DNA of 64,000 nucleotides. It comes from Candidatus Poribacteria bacterium (GTDB lineage Bacteria; Poribacteria; WGA-4E; WGA-3G). The notes below the pieces were generated by a model, which was not told where the DNA came from, did no database searches, and was given only the letters and a program-made list of their open reading frames with translations. Position numbers and translations under genes: made by a program. The stretch lies in contig OZ251518.1 in NCBI GenBank assembly GCA_965242965.1, forward strand, positions 1,920,001 through 1,984,000, given 5' to 3'. This document shows positions 61,980 through 64,000 of the stretch, in pieces (the stretch's first letter is position 1; each line of letters begins with the position of its first letter).

Positions 61980-64000
61980 ATGCAACGCTTACAATCCCAT
62001 TTATCGCATCTTTTACCAAACCTAAGCGTTGTCCGCTCCCCTGCTCTCCTCCCTTACGTCGGACTCATCACCTTCTCCGCCGCTTCCCTTGCGATAGGGC
62101 TCGGAGTCCTCCTCCGAAACCACCTCACATTCACGTGGCACGATACCTCTGGTGTCATCGGTTGGATGAGCGTTCACCAATATCCGAAACAACAAGAATT
62201 CTTCTACTACCTGCTGACACTTATCGGGATACCCGCGGTGATATGTCTCTATTGGCTCGGCTGGCAAGTCTATTCACGCTGGGCAGCCAAACTGACGGCA
62301 CAGCCGTTCCACCATGTGCTGAAGGCGAACGCCTTGGCATCGATTCCGTTATGCCTCTATTGGCTACAACTGCCTCAAATCGACGAGGCAGGATTAACAG
62401 GATTTCTTCTCCCACTCGGTTTTTCCCTCCTCATCAAAGCAGGGCTGCTCTATAATCGCTTTCTGCCATCTTTACAGAACGCGAGGGACAGCGAGGAAGC
62501 CATCGAGACCAGGAGGACTCGCCTACATCACAGCGTCAGCATTGCCGGAGAGAACACCAAATCCCGACTATTACCCATCATCCACCGCTGCGTTGCATCT
62601 GTCCTCATCCCGATTTTCATTTATCTGCTGATGTATTCAGGAGATATTCATGGCAAACTCGATCTGTTTCATGAAGGCGAACGTCTCGCACCGCTGAACG
62701 AAATGTTACGCGGCGGCATCCCGTTCCGCGATATTTACGTCCAGCATGGGCTTTTCCAAAACGCTTACCTCGCAGGCGTTGGCAGTTGGATTTTTGAACC
62801 GACGCTGATGGGCGTGCGTTCAATGGAGCGCGTCTTAGCCCCACTCGGCTATGTCGCGCTCTACCTACTCGGTTTGCAAGTCTTCCGCATGCGATGGCTC
62901 ACCGCCTCTATCTGCGTCCTCATCGCCGCCGGCACCGAATTCTCCGTTTCCGCAAGGCACAGCCTCGGCTTGCTCAGCTTCGCGATAGTAGCGAATTTTC
63001 TAACACACTTCTATCGAGGAGAACACGGTAGAAATCGAGAACGGGAGGGCTCTCCTACGATGCAAGAGTTCTTTTCTCGGCGTGAACTTCCGATCTGGAC
63101 GCGCCTCTTGCATTGGACGCGCTACGCCATCACATTCGGATGGAAACTCAGCCTCGCCGGGGTTTGCACGAGTTTGGCATTCTGGTATAGCACTGAGATA
63201 GGGCTCTATTCCCTCGGCGGCATCGGTTTATTCCTCCTACTCTTTAGCCTCCAAAGCGGAATGCCGATGCCCATTCGTCCAATGCCGTTGACGACTTACA
63301 CTTGCGGGATTCTGCTCGGATTCCTACCGGTAAGCCTCTATTTTCTCTGGCACGGCGCATTAGACGACATGTTCTGGAACACCTATATCCAATGCCGTTA
63401 CCAAATTGCGACGTGGGGTTTAGCGTTTCCCTCACTATCGGATACACTCGCGGTTCTCACTAAGGAAGGTTGGCAAGCGTTTATCTTAAGTGAAGGGTTT
63501 CGGTGGTATCTGCCAATCTGCGTTTTCGGCGTTGTGGCGGGACATTTGACATACCGGTGCCTCTGCAGTCAATTGTGGACTTCAGAAGGCGCGACGAAAC
63601 TGCTCATCTTGTTGCTCGGCGGGATAGCCTTTTTCCGCACTGCCCTCGGCAGGGCTGATGGCGGACATTTGCATTACGGTTCGACCTTTTTATGGCTGCT
63701 CTGTCTGTTGCCGCTTGAACGCGGGTTTCTCGACATGATACGTTCGCTATTTACAAATATCCCTCGCCGCACCAAAAACGGCCCCGACACCGTAGGGCGA
63801 GGGCCTGTCCCTCGCCATGCCGAGGATGCCCCTATCCCTCGCCGCGCCAAAAACACCCCGGATACCGTAGGGCGAGGGCCTGTCCCTCGCCATGCCGAGA
63901 ATGCCCCCGATACCGTAGGGCGAGGGCCTGTCCCTCGCCATGCAGCGATCGCGGGGGACAGGCCCCCGCGCTACGGTAGAAGACAGCTCTCTCGCCATGC
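61980..64000 (+). CDS. Polytopic membrane protein (GT-C/glycosyltransferase-like), 3'-truncated and absent from the ORF track because it runs off the window
   Basis: Manual translation from ATG 61980 is open to the window end. Many TM helices, DLFHEGERL..GGIPFRDIYVQHG, GRADGGHL. Contains in-frame repeat insertions. Confidence 0.75.
   Translation, partial: MQRLQSHLSHLLPNLSVVRSPALLPYVGLITFSAASLAIGLGVLLRNHLTFTWHDTSGVIGWMSVHQYPKQQEFFYYLLTLIGIPAVICLYWLGWQVYSRWAAKLTAQPFHHVLKANALASIPLCLYWLQLPQIDEAGLTGFLLPLGFSLLIKAGLLYNRFLPSLQNARDSEEAIETRRTRLHHSVSIAGENTKSRLLPIIHRCVASVLIPIFIYLLMYSGDIHGKLDLFHEGERLAPLNEMLRGGIPFRDIYVQHGLFQNAYLAGVGSWIFEPTLMGVRSMERVLAPLGYVALYLLGLQVFRMRWLTASICVLIAAGTEFSVSARHSLGLLSFAIVANFLTHFYRGEHGRNREREGSPTMQEFFSRRELPIWTRLLHWTRYAITFGWKLSLAGVCTSLAFWYSTEIGLYSLGGIGLFLLLFSLQSGMPMPIRPMPLTTYTCGILLGFLPVSLYFLWHGALDDMFWNTYIQCRYQIATWGLAFPSLSDTLAVLTKEGWQAFILSEGFRWYLPICVFGVVAGHLTYRCLCSQLWTSEGATKLLILLLGGIAFFRTALGRADGGHLHYGSTFLWLLCLLPLERGFLDMIRSLFTNIPRRTKNGPDTVGRGPVPRHAEDAPIPRRAKNTPDTVGRGPVPRHAENAPDTVGRGPVPRHAAIAGDRPPRYGRRQLSRH

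Overview
Bacterial chromosomal window, GC-rich, with about 55 protein genes. I infer a Candidatus Poribacteria-like genome from the LamG proteins ending in a K..TTW..LK motif, the CRTAC1/ASPIC-UnbV and TPR proteins, and a BMC vertex gene. Housekeeping genes include clpB, a RecQ-family helicase, ffh-rpsP-khpA-trmD-rplS-rnhB (no rimM), thiO, and a cysK-cysH-sulfur carrier-JAB-NIL cluster. Most of the larger intergenic regions are filled with mosaic arrays of GTAG-footed palindromes (REP-like, several families, with compensatory stem changes), often together with a separate ~175-bp four-hairpin MITE-like element. These repeats supply the TAG stop codons of about a dozen genes and are inserted in frame inside ClpB and a membrane protein. 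Other highlights: a tandemly duplicated HigB toxin module whose partner has a HigA-like N-terminal segment fused to TPRs instead of an HTH; a UGSC selenoprotein with a SECIS-like hairpin; and larC split at an A_AAA_AAG -1 frameshift site. I found no rRNA, tRNA, CRISPR array or transposase. All calls come from manual motif recognition, without database searches.
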